From Wolbachia endosymbiont of Litomosoides sigmodontis (GTDB lineage: Bacteria; Pseudomonadota; Alphaproteobacteria; Rickettsiales; Anaplasmataceae): a stretch of DNA of 32,000 nt. The position numbers were made by a program, and so were the translations under genes. The stretch spans positions 30,001 through 62,000 of the forward strand of contig NZ_CP046577.1 in the NCBI RefSeq assembly GCF_013365435.1, written 5' to 3'. Below are positions 9,943 through 19,746 of this stretch, one piece after another. Below the pieces are notes generated by a model. The model saw only the letters and a program-made list of their open reading frames with translations, was not told where the DNA came from and did not search any database. How positions within the stretch are numbered: position 1 is the stretch's first letter; each line of letters opens with the position of its first letter.

Positions 9943-10854
9943 TTGAGTTTATTTAGTAACCTTTGTAAAGGTTTGTTAAAGACTTCTTCTCGCTTCAGTA
10001 ATGGAGTAAAGAGTATTTTTTCTGCTAAGAAAAAGTTAGATCAATTTCTTTTAGATGAATTAGAGGAACTGCTTATTAGCATGGATATTGGTCATAAAAC
10101 TTCCAAATTGATTATTGATAGGCTCGCAAGCATTAAATTTGATAAGGAAGTTGAGCATAATATTATCACACAACAACTAATGAATGAGATAGAAACAATA
10201 TTAAATCCTGTTGTGCAACCGCTAATTTTAAACAAAAAGCCGCACATAATAATGATATGCGGAGTAAATGGTAATGGTAAAACCACAACTATAGGTAAGC
10301 TTGCGTATAAATATAAAGAGATGGAAAAATCCGTCATGCTCGTTGCGTGTGATACATTTAGGGCTGCTGCTAATGAACAATTAAACATCTGGGCAGAACG
10401 TTCAGGTTGCTTTATTATTACTGGAGAGTATGGTAGCGATTCTGCAAGCGTGGCATATAGAGCTGTAAATCAAGCTATAAAAGATAGCGTAGATGTTGTT
10501 CTGGTTGATACAGCAGGTAGGTTGCAAAATAACGTAAATCTTATGGGGGAGTTATCAAAAATATATAGGACGATAAAGAAATTGGATGAGACTGCTCCTC
10601 ATAATGTTATTTTAATTCTTGATGCAACTACCGGTCAAAATGCTTATAGCCAATTAGAGGCATTTAGTAAAATGGTTAGTGTTACAGGGTTAATTATAAC
10701 AAAGCTAGATGGTACTGCCAAGGGAGGAGTGGTAATTGGACTTGCAGAGACTTATAAAGTAAAGTTACACGCTATAGGAATTGGTGAAAATATAGAGGAC
10801 TTGAGGGAGTTCACTAGTAAAGAATTTACTGAAGCGCTATTTCACTGTGATTAA
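9943..10854 (+). CDS. ftsY: Signal recognition particle receptor FtsY (short form, NG domain only)
   Basis: 303 aa with SRP-GTPase motifs GVNGNGKTTTIGKLA, DTAGR and TKLDGTAKGG. Apparent TTG start. Confidence 0.92.
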   Translation: MSLFSNLCKGLLKTSSRFSNGVKSIFSAKKKLDQFLLDELEELLISMDIGHKTSKLIIDRLASIKFDKEVEHNIITQQLMNEIETILNPVVQPLILNKKPHIIMICGVNGNGKTTTIGKLAYKYKEMEKSVMLVACDTFRAAANEQLNIWAERSGCFIITGEYGSDSASVAYRAVNQAIKDSVDVVLVDTAGRLQNNVNLMGELSKIYRTIKKLDETAPHNVILILDATTGQNAYSQLEAFSKMVSVTGLIITKLDGTAKGGVVIGLAETYKVKLHAIGIGENIEDLREFTSKEFTEALFHCD

Positions 10855-11174
10855 AGATCGCCTTTAATTCTTTTGTGTAGCAAGCTTAATTATTTCGATA
10901 TCGTGAAAAGCATAATTGCTTTTTTAAAGCGTAATTTTTGCTTCTTTTAGCTTCAGGTCCAGTGTATGAAGTATATTTAATCTTACCTAAAAATGCATGT
11001 TATACCGCGAATTATTGAAGAAATTGACATGGTAAATTTGCTCCACTTGAAATGGGAAAGACAGCAATAGCAAAATCAATCGATGATTTTTATATTTTCA
11101 ACCCTCTTGCAATGTTCAGATGCACTTCATTTTTTATGTAGAGACATTTTACAATGAGCATTTAACTGATTTTT

Positions 11175-12265
11175 ACTATACAAGTAAAAGATAGATAATA
11201 ATGGAAAAGAAACTTTGCTAAAATAAGTAAGATAGCGAGATTTTAAATGATATTGAAATCAAAATTATTGGATATAGAAAGTCGTGCAATCAGCAAAAGG
11301 AATACTAAAGGAGGTGCGAAATAACGCATATGTTGCAAAAAACTAAATGCTGTAATTGCGGCAAATAAAGTGCAGTATAACATAACAGCAAAATATATTT
11401 CACTTCAAGAATAGCATTAGTTGCGTGGTAAGCACCTGAAATTTGGAAGAGAAGAAAAATTGTTTTGCTTTTCCTTAATGTTGTGAAAAAACTAGATTGA
11501 ATCAGAGTCAATTTGACCTAGTTGTAGTATAGATACAAAAAACTAATATTACCATTTAGAAAATGAGAATAAGAATCTGGGAAAAGCTTAACTTAAATGT
11601 TAGCAAGTTTGTAATATATCTTAATATGTAGAAGTGAAGTTTTCGTGTATTATGTCAAGACCAATTCATAATGAAAAAGATAAGAATAGATAAGAAGAGT
11701 TTTGAAAACTTAAAGAGATTATTAATAAGTATCTTGAATAGAAATTTTATTCGTCTTTGATGAATTGCGGTTTAGCACATATTTGAAAATTGGACACGGG
11801 TTGTTTTAAAAGGGCATTAGAGTATAGATTGAACAAAATTAGTTAGATAAAATTTTTATTTCTACAATGAAGTTAGTCCTAAAAAATAGAGAGTTCTAGT
11901 TTGTTTGCACCTAATATTAATACTAGTTGTATGAATGTATTTCTTGAATAAATGTTGCAATATTAAAAAACACGAGAAGCTTTTCTTGGTATGAATTATA
12001 TTATTGATTGGCATAGTTTAAAAAATTTGAAAGCACCTAAAAATGTCGAGACTGTGTAGCTATTTCACTATATTCACCAGGGTCCAGTTCTATATGAGAG
12101 ATTTTGATTGTATATAAAACAGAATATTTTGCGTAATAAATTCTGTAGTGCAATTGCTTTACTTAAGAGCGCTTTGAAAATTTGTTATGTCTCTTTCACT
12201 TTGCAATTAAATAGCTCTGTAATATCACTTATTTGATTCATTAATGATGAATATTGGTATTAGCT
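11175..12265 (+). mobile_element. Degenerate IS630-family insertion sequence remnant, copy 4, in the opposite orientation to copies 1-3
   Basis: Reverse complement aligns with copies 1-3. Plus-strand translation gives FDELRFSTYLKIGHGLF*KGIRV and later AISLYSPGSSSI*EILIVYK (compare LPPYSPELNPIE...W.YIK of IS630 transposases). Many stops. Confidence 0.7.
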
Positions 12266-12331
12266 AAATAAACTTGTATATACTAGCTTAATAAATTAAT
12301 TCGTAAAGATCAAGTCAAAACTCTCAAAACA

Positions 12332-14707
12332 ATGCTAAACTTAATCACTATGGTAAGAACAGTTGATGTATTACTACCACTTCCAATTGACCGATTGTTT
12401 TCATATGTAGTTGAGGAGAATACTGAAGTTTCAGTTGGGGATTACGTGGTAGTGCCACTTGGCAAAAAACGCCTTATCGGAATAGTTTGGAAATGTAGTG
12501 ACAAGAACGATCAAGAATTAAAGTTTATTGAGCAAAAGATCAATCTACCAAATATTAGGCTAAAATTGATTGTGTTTGCAGAGTGGGTCGCACAATATAA
12601 TGTAATACCTCTTGGTATGCTTGCAAAAATGATAATGGGAGGAGTATTAAAAGTAAACCATCTAGATAAGTTATTTTATGTTGAACAAGGGCAGAAAATA
12701 AGTGAGATAAATTACCAACTAAGCTCTGAACAACAGATAGCCAGCAATAAAATAGTAAGTAATTTGAATAAGTATTCAGTAACTTTGCTTGACGGTGAGA
12801 CAGGATCTGGAAAAACAGAAGTTTATCTCTCTGTGATTGCACAGTTGATTAAGAACTATAGTAGTACGCCTGCCGTTTCAAGTGCTGTTCAGATGTTGTC
12901 ATTCCAATACCAAGATACACAACTGTATAAACATTGTGATTTGGTTCTACCAGAATGGTATCATCCCAATACTTTGGCACTAGGATTCAATTTCTTACAT
13001 AATTCCATCAAAGATATTCATTTTAATGTAAGACCAGCAGCTTCCATACCTAGTTTACAAGAAAGATTTTTTGATTTCAGTGTTAACTACTTGCGTGATA
13101 CCTTTGTGTTTAAGGCAAAGTTCACTATAACATTTAACACACTGTCTTTACCAAGTGCTGAAATGAAGCCAAGATATATCGAAACGATATCAAATAAAGG
13201 TAATGTACAAGTTTTAATTCTTTTACCTGAAATTGTTTTAACTTCACAATTGGTAAATCGTATTCGTGGTCAGATATCAAGAAACTTAGCTGAATGGCAC
13301 TCAGAACTTACTCCAAAAACTCGCCGGAATAACTGGCTCAATATAGCAAATGGAAATGCGCAGGTAATTATTGGTGCACGATCAGCACTTTTTTTGCCTT
13401 ATAGAAACCTAAAATTGATTATTGTTGATGAAGAACATGATTTGTCTTTCAAACAAGAACAGGGGATTACATATAATGCTCGAGATATGGCAATAATCTT
13501 GGCTAAAATTGAAAACATTCCAATAATTTTATCTTCAGCAACTCCGTTACTGGAAACTATTTATCATATTAAAAATGGGAATTACAACCATGTAAAGCTA
13601 ACTAAGCGATTCGGTGGTGCGGAATTCCCACTCATTAAAGTGGTAGATATGAAGAGCAATAAGCAATGGATTTCTGATGAGCTTTTTGAAAGTATAAAGC
13701 AGACCATAGAGAAAAAACAGCAGGTTATGCTTTTTTTAAACCGCAGAGGGTATGCACAACTTGTAATTTGTAAAAAGTGTGGATATAAAATTCCATGCTT
13801 AAATTGTGCTGTTTGGCTTGTATACTACAAGAAAAAAAATGCTCTTGTGTGTCATCATTGTTCTTACCAATTAAAATTTCCAGAAAGGTGCTCTAATTGC
13901 CAAAGCGAACAGTCATTATCTCCTTATGGCATAGGAATTGAAAAGTTACTTGAAGAAATAGTCAAATTAATACCAAATGCAAGAACTGCGATTATAAGCA
14001 GCGATCAGAGGTCAGTTAATAACGTTATTGACCTAGTATTGAAGGAAGAGTTGAATATTATAATTGGCACGCAGATAATTGCTAAAGGGCATAACTTCCC
14101 TAAATTAACTTTGGTTGGTATAATAAATGCAGATTTGAGTCTTGAAAATGCTGATCTGAGAGCAGCAGAAAAGACATATCAATTATTACATCAAGTTGCA
14201 GGAAGGTCTGGAAGGTTTAATGAAAAAGGAATGGTAATAATACAGACCAATAATCCTGAAAGTTCGGTAATAAAAGCGTTACAGCTTCGGAAAAGGGACT
14301 CATTTTATGAAATAGAACTTAAGTCAAGGTGCAAAGCAAAAATGCCACCATTTAGCAGGTTAATCGCGCTTATAATTTGCGGTAAGAATTGGATTGCGAC
14401 ACAAAAAGCAGCAAATGAGATAGCGAGCTTCTTGCATAATCAATGTTTAAGCAAAAAGCCTGCTACTTCTTCTTTATTATTCCAGTGCTTGACCCTAGAA
14501 TCTAGAAAAAAAGAGTTTGAAATTCTTGGTCCGTCTCCGGCAGCAATAAATTTCTTAAATAATAAGTATCGATATAGGGTGTTGCTAAAAATATACAATA
14601 AGCATAGCCTGTCCGTACAAAAAAAATTAAAATATTGGATTAAGAATTGTAACTTAAGTTCGAATATTACAGTAATAATAGATGTTGATCCTGTGAGTTT
14701 TTTTTAA
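12332..14707 (+). CDS. priA: Primosomal replication-restart helicase PriA, carrying an in-frame insertion of ~113 codons
   Basis: [14 protein letters not shown] (motif I), LLPEIVLT (Ia), IIVDEEHD (II) and the four CxxC zinc motifs ([13 protein letters not shown]...CHHCSYQ...CSNCQS) are colinear with E. coli PriA. Met at 12350 ([12 protein letters not shown]) is an alternative start. Confidence 0.9.
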   Translation: [791 protein letters not shown]

Positions 14708-14798
14708 CTACTGTTTGAAACAAGGTTATCTATGACTAACCCAAACAAGATCTTTCTACGTCATACTGCAATCCATTTACGATATTGTACGTGAAAGA

Positions 14799-15867
14799 CT
14801 AATATTAATTTTCATTATTAGTACGTTAAATAAGTGATATTGCAGAGTCATTTAATTGCTGGGTGAAAAGAGAGGTAAAAATTTACACAAAGCGTTCCAA
14901 GCAAAGCAGTTATATTACGATTTTATTACGCAAAATGTTCTGTTTTATATACAACTAAAGTCTCTCAATAAGATTGAGCTTTGGTAGGCATAGAGTGATA
15001 GGTGTATGGCCTCGATATTTTTAGGTACCTTTAAATTCTTTAATTGGTGCTAATTAATACAATTAATGACAAGAAGGCTTCTTACTTCCTTAAATATTGT
15101 AATATTTATTCAAGAAATATATTAATACAATCAGTCTTGATATTTGGTACAAACAAGCTAGAACTTTCTTCATTTCTAGGATCTGCTGCACTGTATGAGG
15201 GTAAAAATTTTGTCTATCTAATTTTACTTTAACCTGTATTTCAACACTCTTTAAAAATCACCAATACCAATTTTCGAATGTGCATCAACTCAATTCATCA
15301 AAATGAATAACTCTTGTTCAGGATATTTACCAATAGTCTCATCAAGTTTTTTTAACTTTTCTTGTCTACCTTTATCTTGTTTATTGTAAACTGGTCTTAG
15401 CGCAATGCACAAAAACTTTATTTTTTACATATATGGTGTATTGTAGATTTGCTAACATCTAAGTCAAATTTTTCCTAGACTTTTATCCTCATTCTTTAAT
15501 GGCAATATTATCATTACCTTTGTATCTATACTTCAACTTGTTAAATCTAACTTAAGAGAGTTTTTCTACGAAATTGAGGCAAACAATTTTTCTTCTCTTC
15601 TAAATTTGAGGTACTACATCCATGTAGTTAATGCTATTCCTGAAATGCAAATATTTTTGCCACAGCTATTATACTGTGCTTTTTACTACAATTATAGCAT
15701 TTAGTTTTTCGCAACATATATGCTATTTCGCACTTTCTTTAGCATTTTTATTGATTTCATGACTTTTTCATCCAATAATTTTGATTATAATATCATTAAA
15801 TCTCGATATTTTACTTACTTCAGTAAGGCTTCTTTCCCATTATTCTCTACCAGCTCCTTATATAGTG
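14799..15867 (-). mobile_element. Degenerate IS630-family insertion sequence remnant, copy 2 (full length)
   Basis: Aligns end to end with copies 1 and 3. It shares the left-end string aaataagtgatattgcagag... and the right-end string ttcccattatt...tatagtg. No intact transposase frame. Confidence 0.7.
14828..15237. repeat. Left arm of a 410-bp near-perfect inverted repeat
   Basis: Pairs base for base with 16294..15885. Aligning by eye I find two mismatches (15101/16021 and 15177/15945). The mirrored 62-codon ORFs 15044-15232(+) and 15890-16078(-) differ at 2 residues. Confidence 0.9.
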
Positions 15868-15875
15868 TAAACTGG

Positions 15876-16320
15876 TATTACAACACAGGTTAAAGTAAAA
15901 TTAGATAGACAAAATTTTTACCCTCATACAGTGCAGCAGATCCTGGAAATGAAGAAAGTTCTAGCTTGTTTGTACCAAATATCAAGACTGATTGTATTAA
16001 TATATTTCTTGAATAAATATCACAATATTTAAGGAAGTAAGAAGCCTTCTTGTCATTAATTGTATTAATTAGCACCAATTAAAGAATTTAAAGGTACCTA
16101 AAAATATCGAGGCCATACACCTATCACTCTATGCCTACCAAAGCTCAATCTTATTGAGAGACTTTAGTTGTATATAAAACAGAACATTTTGCGTAATAAA
16201 ATCGTAATATAACTGCTTTGCTTGGAACGCTTTGTGTAAATTTTTACCTCTCTTTTCACCCAGCAATTAAATGACTCTGCAATATCACTTATTTGCTCAC
16301 TAACAATAAAATTGGTATAA
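15876..16320 (+). mobile_element. Truncated IS630-family remnant (3' / C-terminal part only), inverted and abutting copy 2
   Basis: Reverse complement of the 3' part of copy 2, and nearly identical to it over 410 bp. Confidence 0.7.
15885..16294. repeat. Right arm of the 410-bp near-perfect inverted repeat; the spacer is 15238-15884 (647 bp)
   Basis: Reverse complement of 14828-15237, as described for the left arm. Confidence 0.9.
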
Positions 16321-16419
16321 TTTGCCCTGTTTTCTGTTTGGTTTAAGTTGTATAATAAGTCTAATGTCATAATAAAGAACTTATATTTTCTTCATTAACG
16401 CTTTTCATGAACTGTGAGA

Positions 16420-17078
16420 TTATTTTAAGTTAAGGTTAAATCTTATTTCCAGCAAATTGTTTCTACAAGTATAGTGCATTTTCGCATTATAGTGCTTTAG
16501 CAACAGGTAAGTCATGTAAATACTAATATCTTTTGTACTTAAATTATTATTTTCTTTCTTGTTAAGATTTGCTACTAATGATCTACTTAGAGGCTTGTGA
16601 TCATTTAGAACTTGCATTGTTAGTAGAGTTTCATATTTTGTTTGACTCAACAAAACAGACATTTGTTCAATTTCTGCCACTATACTGGCTATAGTTATTA
16701 CCATATTAGAGATTATTTTATTTATCTTCTCAATAAAATCTAATTTACACTTCACAAAATATTCATCTATTTTCCACGTGAATTTTATTTTTTTTTTAGT
16801 AAATAATTTGCAATATTCAATTTGGTCTGGTTAAAGCTGTGATTGTCTGCTGAGGAAGAGTATGCCTGTTTCATAACTTTGTGTTTATATATTAAATCAT
16901 CGGAGCTTTCCCTGAGAAGCAACAATGCTTCCTTACATACATTAGTACCATTTTGATGGACTACTTCAAGCTCTTCTAGTCCACACATTATTCCATTCAT
17001 AGAGTTAGCAAAGTCATGAAGCAATTTTCCTGATAATAACTCTGTTATTGACAGTATGTTTTTAATGTTCTTGCTCAT
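16420..17078 (-). pseudogene. chpT: ChpT-like histidine phosphotransferase (CckA-ChpT-CtrA phosphorelay) split by a 1-nt frameshift in an A10 tract
   Basis: The N-terminal ORF (17078-16785) has LLSGKLLHDFANSMNGIMCGLEELE, compared with Caulobacter ChpT LAARLCHDFISPASAIVSGLDLLE. It ends ...NYLLKKK* inside a run of 10 A (16797-16788 on the minus strand). One extra A would read ...KKKIKFTWKIDEYFVKCKLDFIEK..., joining in frame to ORF 16755-16420 with no stop. The merged length of ~219 aa is similar to ChpT. Confidence 0.6.
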
Positions 17079-17211
17079 TGGATAATTATAAATGATTTAA
17101 GTTATCCTATATTGGTTGACATATAATAGTCAATTGAGAAAAAGTTTTGTTGTACTTTTTGCGTTGAATTGTTAATATAGTGTTAATAGTCACAGGACTT
17201 GTAAAAGGATC

Positions 17212-18246
17212 ATGAATACTTACGCTAAATCTGGAGTAGATCTAAAATTATATAATAAACTACTAAAGGAAGTTCAACTTATTGTTGATGAAAATAAAAA
17301 AGAAGAAGTAATTAGTGAAGTGGGTTCATTCTCTGCACTATTTGATTTTGCTGCTTTAAGCAAGAAATATGATCATCCTGTACTAGTTTCTTCAACTGAT
17401 GGAGTAGGTACAAAACTGTTGATAGCGCAAGAAGTAGATAAACATGATACTATAGGTATAGATTTAGTTGCAGCGTGCGTGAATGACTTGCTTGTGCAGG
17501 GAGCAACACCTTTATTTTTCCTTGATTATTTTGCAACAGGTGCTCTGAACAAAGATGTTCTATTATCTGTGATTCATGGTATTACAGAGGGATGTAAACA
17601 GGCCAAAATAGCATTAGTTGGTGGAGAAACTGCAGAAATGCCTAGAATGTATAGTAGCAATCACTATGACCTTGCAGGGTTTGTGGTTGGAGTGATTGAT
17701 AAAAGCAAGATTCTTCCTAATTGCGGTATGATGAAAGCAGGTGATTATATAGTTGGCTTAGAATCAAGTGGAATTCATTCAAATGGATTTTCTTTGGTGC
17801 GTCATATTTTTGAAGATTTGGGCATAAGTTACAATGATCTGTCTCAGTGGGATAATCAACTTTGGGGAGAAGTGTTGCTCAAGCCAACAAAAATATATGT
17901 TGATTCTTTACTGCCTATTATGTCCCAAGTAAAAGGTATTGCACACATTACAGGTGGTGGCTTGATAGATAATGTCCCAAGAATTCTTCCAAAAAACTTA
18001 TTTGCAGACATAGACATCAATTCTTGGAAATGGCCAGATATATTTTTGTGGCTGATGAAAGAGGGTAAAGTGGGGAAGAAAGAAATGTTAAGAACATTTA
18101 ATTGTGGTATTGGTATGGTATTAATTTTAGATCCTAAAAGGATGCAAAGTATAGAAAATCATTTCCAAAAATGTGGGGAAAAAATTAAGATCATTGGGAA
18201 ACTTGATGAAAAATACAACCCATCACTTAATGGAGTAGTATTTTAA
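17212..18246 (+). CDS. purM: Phosphoribosylformylglycinamidine cyclo-ligase (AIR synthetase)
   Basis: 344 aa with SSTDGVGTKL, GGETAEMP and HITGGGL. Confidence 0.93.
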   Translation: MNTYAKSGVDLKLYNKLLKEVQLIVDENKKEEVISEVGSFSALFDFAALSKKYDHPVLVSSTDGVGTKLLIAQEVDKHDTIGIDLVAACVNDLLVQGATPLFFLDYFATGALNKDVLLSVIHGITEGCKQAKIALVGGETAEMPRMYSSNHYDLAGFVVGVIDKSKILPNCGMMKAGDYIVGLESSGIHSNGFSLVRHIFEDLGISYNDLSQWDNQLWGEVLLKPTKIYVDSLLPIMSQVKGIAHITGGGLIDNVPRILPKNLFADIDINSWKWPDIFLWLMKEGKVGKKEMLRTFNCGIGMVLILDPKRMQSIENHFQKCGEKIKIIGKLDEKYNPSLNGVVF

Positions 18247-18969
18247 TTAGTATAACTTTATTGATAACCTTTTTGCAATCTCTAAGTATGCTTCCTTCAA
18301 ACTTCCTAAATTTAAGCGAAAGACGTCTTTATCTAATTTTTTGCGTGTATTTTTATCCCACAATCTACAGTTATCAGGGCTAATCTCATCTGCCAAAGTG
18401 ATCTTTGTATCATCGTTTATTGGTCTGCCAAATTCCAATTTAAGGTCTACTAAATCTATTTCTGCATTTAAAAATAAGTCAACTAGAACTGTGTTAATTT
18501 TGAGGGTTGTAATTTTGATTACTTCCATTTCTTCATGAGATAGCCAGCTAAAATATAGTACGTGATTTTCATTTACCATTGGATCAGCTAAGCTGTCATT
18601 TTTATAAAAAAATTCGATTATAGGAGATGCAAGCTTCTCACCTTCTTTTATATTGAAGCGCTTACAAAAACTGCCAGCTGTGATATTTCTTACTACTATT
18701 TCAAGAGGTATAATTTTTAGTTTTTTTACTAACTGTTCTCTTTCACTTAAAGTTTTTATAAAATGTGTGTTAATTCCTGCTTTCTCAAGTATTTCCATGA
18801 CAAAAGCGCTAATGTAATTATTAATTATTCCTTTGCCTTCGATAATTTCATATTTCCCTTTATTGAAAGCTGTAACTTCATCTTTGAAGTATTGTATGAC
18901 GGTTGATGGGTCTTTAGTTTCAATAATAGACTTTGCTTTACCTTGATATATTATTTTGTCTGGCAACAT
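18247..18969 (-). CDS. purC: Phosphoribosylaminoimidazole-succinocarboxamide (SAICAR) synthase
   Basis: 240 aa with YQGKAKSI, IPLEIVVRN and LADEISPDNCRLWD. Confidence 0.92.
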   Translation of the reverse strand: MLPDKIIYQGKAKSIIETKDPSTVIQYFKDEVTAFNKGKYEIIEGKGIINNYISAFVMEILEKAGINTHFIKTLSEREQLVKKLKIIPLEIVVRNITAGSFCKRFNIKEGEKLASPIIEFFYKNDSLADPMVNENHVLYFSWLSHEEMEVIKITTLKINTVLVDLFLNAEIDLVDLKLEFGRPINDDTKITLADEISPDNCRLWDKNTRKKLDKDVFRLNLGSLKEAYLEIAKRLSIKLY

Positions 18970-19038
18970 GTGTGATTTAATTATATATTATAGACATAAT
19001 ATCAAATTACTACTTAAATTTACTACAAATTTATAGAT

Positions 19039-19746
19039 ATGTTCAATGTTATAATATTAACCATATTTCCAGAAATGTTTCCTGGGTTTTTAAACTATTC
19101 CCTTACTGGAAAAGCATTAGAAAAGAAAATATGGAACCTTGAAGTGGTAAATATTCGTTTTTTTGCCAAGGATAAGCATTTGACGGTAGATAATGTTCCG
19201 TATGGGGGTGGAGCAGGGATGATTATGCGTCCTGATGTAGTTGGTGATGCAGTTGATAGTATACTTTCTGCTCATAAAGATACTAGATTTATTTATATGA
19301 CTCCTTCTGGTACAAAATTTAATCAGAGTATTGCAAAGAAATTGGTAGAGTTTTCTCATATAACAATATTATGTGGTCGATTTGAGGGTATTGACCAAAG
19401 AGTGATTGATGAGTATAATCCTTATGAATTAAGTATTGGAGATTATGTCCTTTCAGGAGGAGAACCAGCTGCAATGGTGGTTCTGGACGCATGTATTAGG
19501 CTTATTCCTGGTGTGGTAAGTAATTCTGATAGTATTATTGAGGAGAGTTTTAGTTATAGTGGTGGTATGCTTGAGTACCCTCAGTATACCAGACCTGAGC
19601 AGTGGAGGAAGCATAGAGTACCTGAAATTTTGTTATCTGGTGATCACAAAAAAATAAGTGATTGGAGACAGAAACAGTCTCAAGTTATAACAAAAAAACT
19701 TAGGCCTGAATTATTAGATAGAGAAACAAATGACAAATTTACTTGA
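19039..19746 (+). CDS. trmD: tRNA (guanine37-N1)-methyltransferase
   Basis: 235 aa with [27 protein letters not shown] and LSGGEPAA. Followed by rplS, the conserved trmD-rplS arrangement. Confidence 0.93.
   Translation: MFNVIILTIFPEMFPGFLNYSLTGKALEKKIWNLEVVNIRFFAKDKHLTVDNVPYGGGAGMIMRPDVVGDAVDSILSAHKDTRFIYMTPSGTKFNQSIAKKLVEFSHITILCGRFEGIDQRVIDEYNPYELSIGDYVLSGGEPAAMVVLDACIRLIPGVVSNSDSIIEESFSYSGGMLEYPQYTRPEQWRKHRVPEILLSGDHKKISDWRQKQSQVITKKLRPELLDRETNDKFT

Noticed and set aside
10906-10925. Hairpin aaaagca-taat-tgctttt followed by a short T run, ~50 nt downstream of ftsY; a possible intrinsic terminator
   Set aside because: The stem has only two G:C pairs and the T tract largely forms part of the stem. 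This is too weak to call a terminator from sequence alone.
14440-14520. A second, ~18-residue extra stretch near the PriA C-terminus ([26 protein letters not shown])
   Set aside because: It falls in a region that is length-variable among PriA proteins, so it is not clearly an insertion event.
15044-16078. Two almost identical 62-codon ORFs (15044-15232 + and 15890-16078 -) that look like a duplicated small gene
   Set aside because: They are mirror images created by the 410-bp inverted repeat. They lie antisense to the dead IS630-like transposase frame, and the equivalent frame is not open in copies 1, 3 or 4. They are treated as spurious.
11305-16370. ORFs 11305-11511(-) and 16164-16370(-) in IS-remnant sequence
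   Set aside because: They lie inside or across degenerate IS copies, on the strand opposite the transposase sense. They are not conserved among copies.
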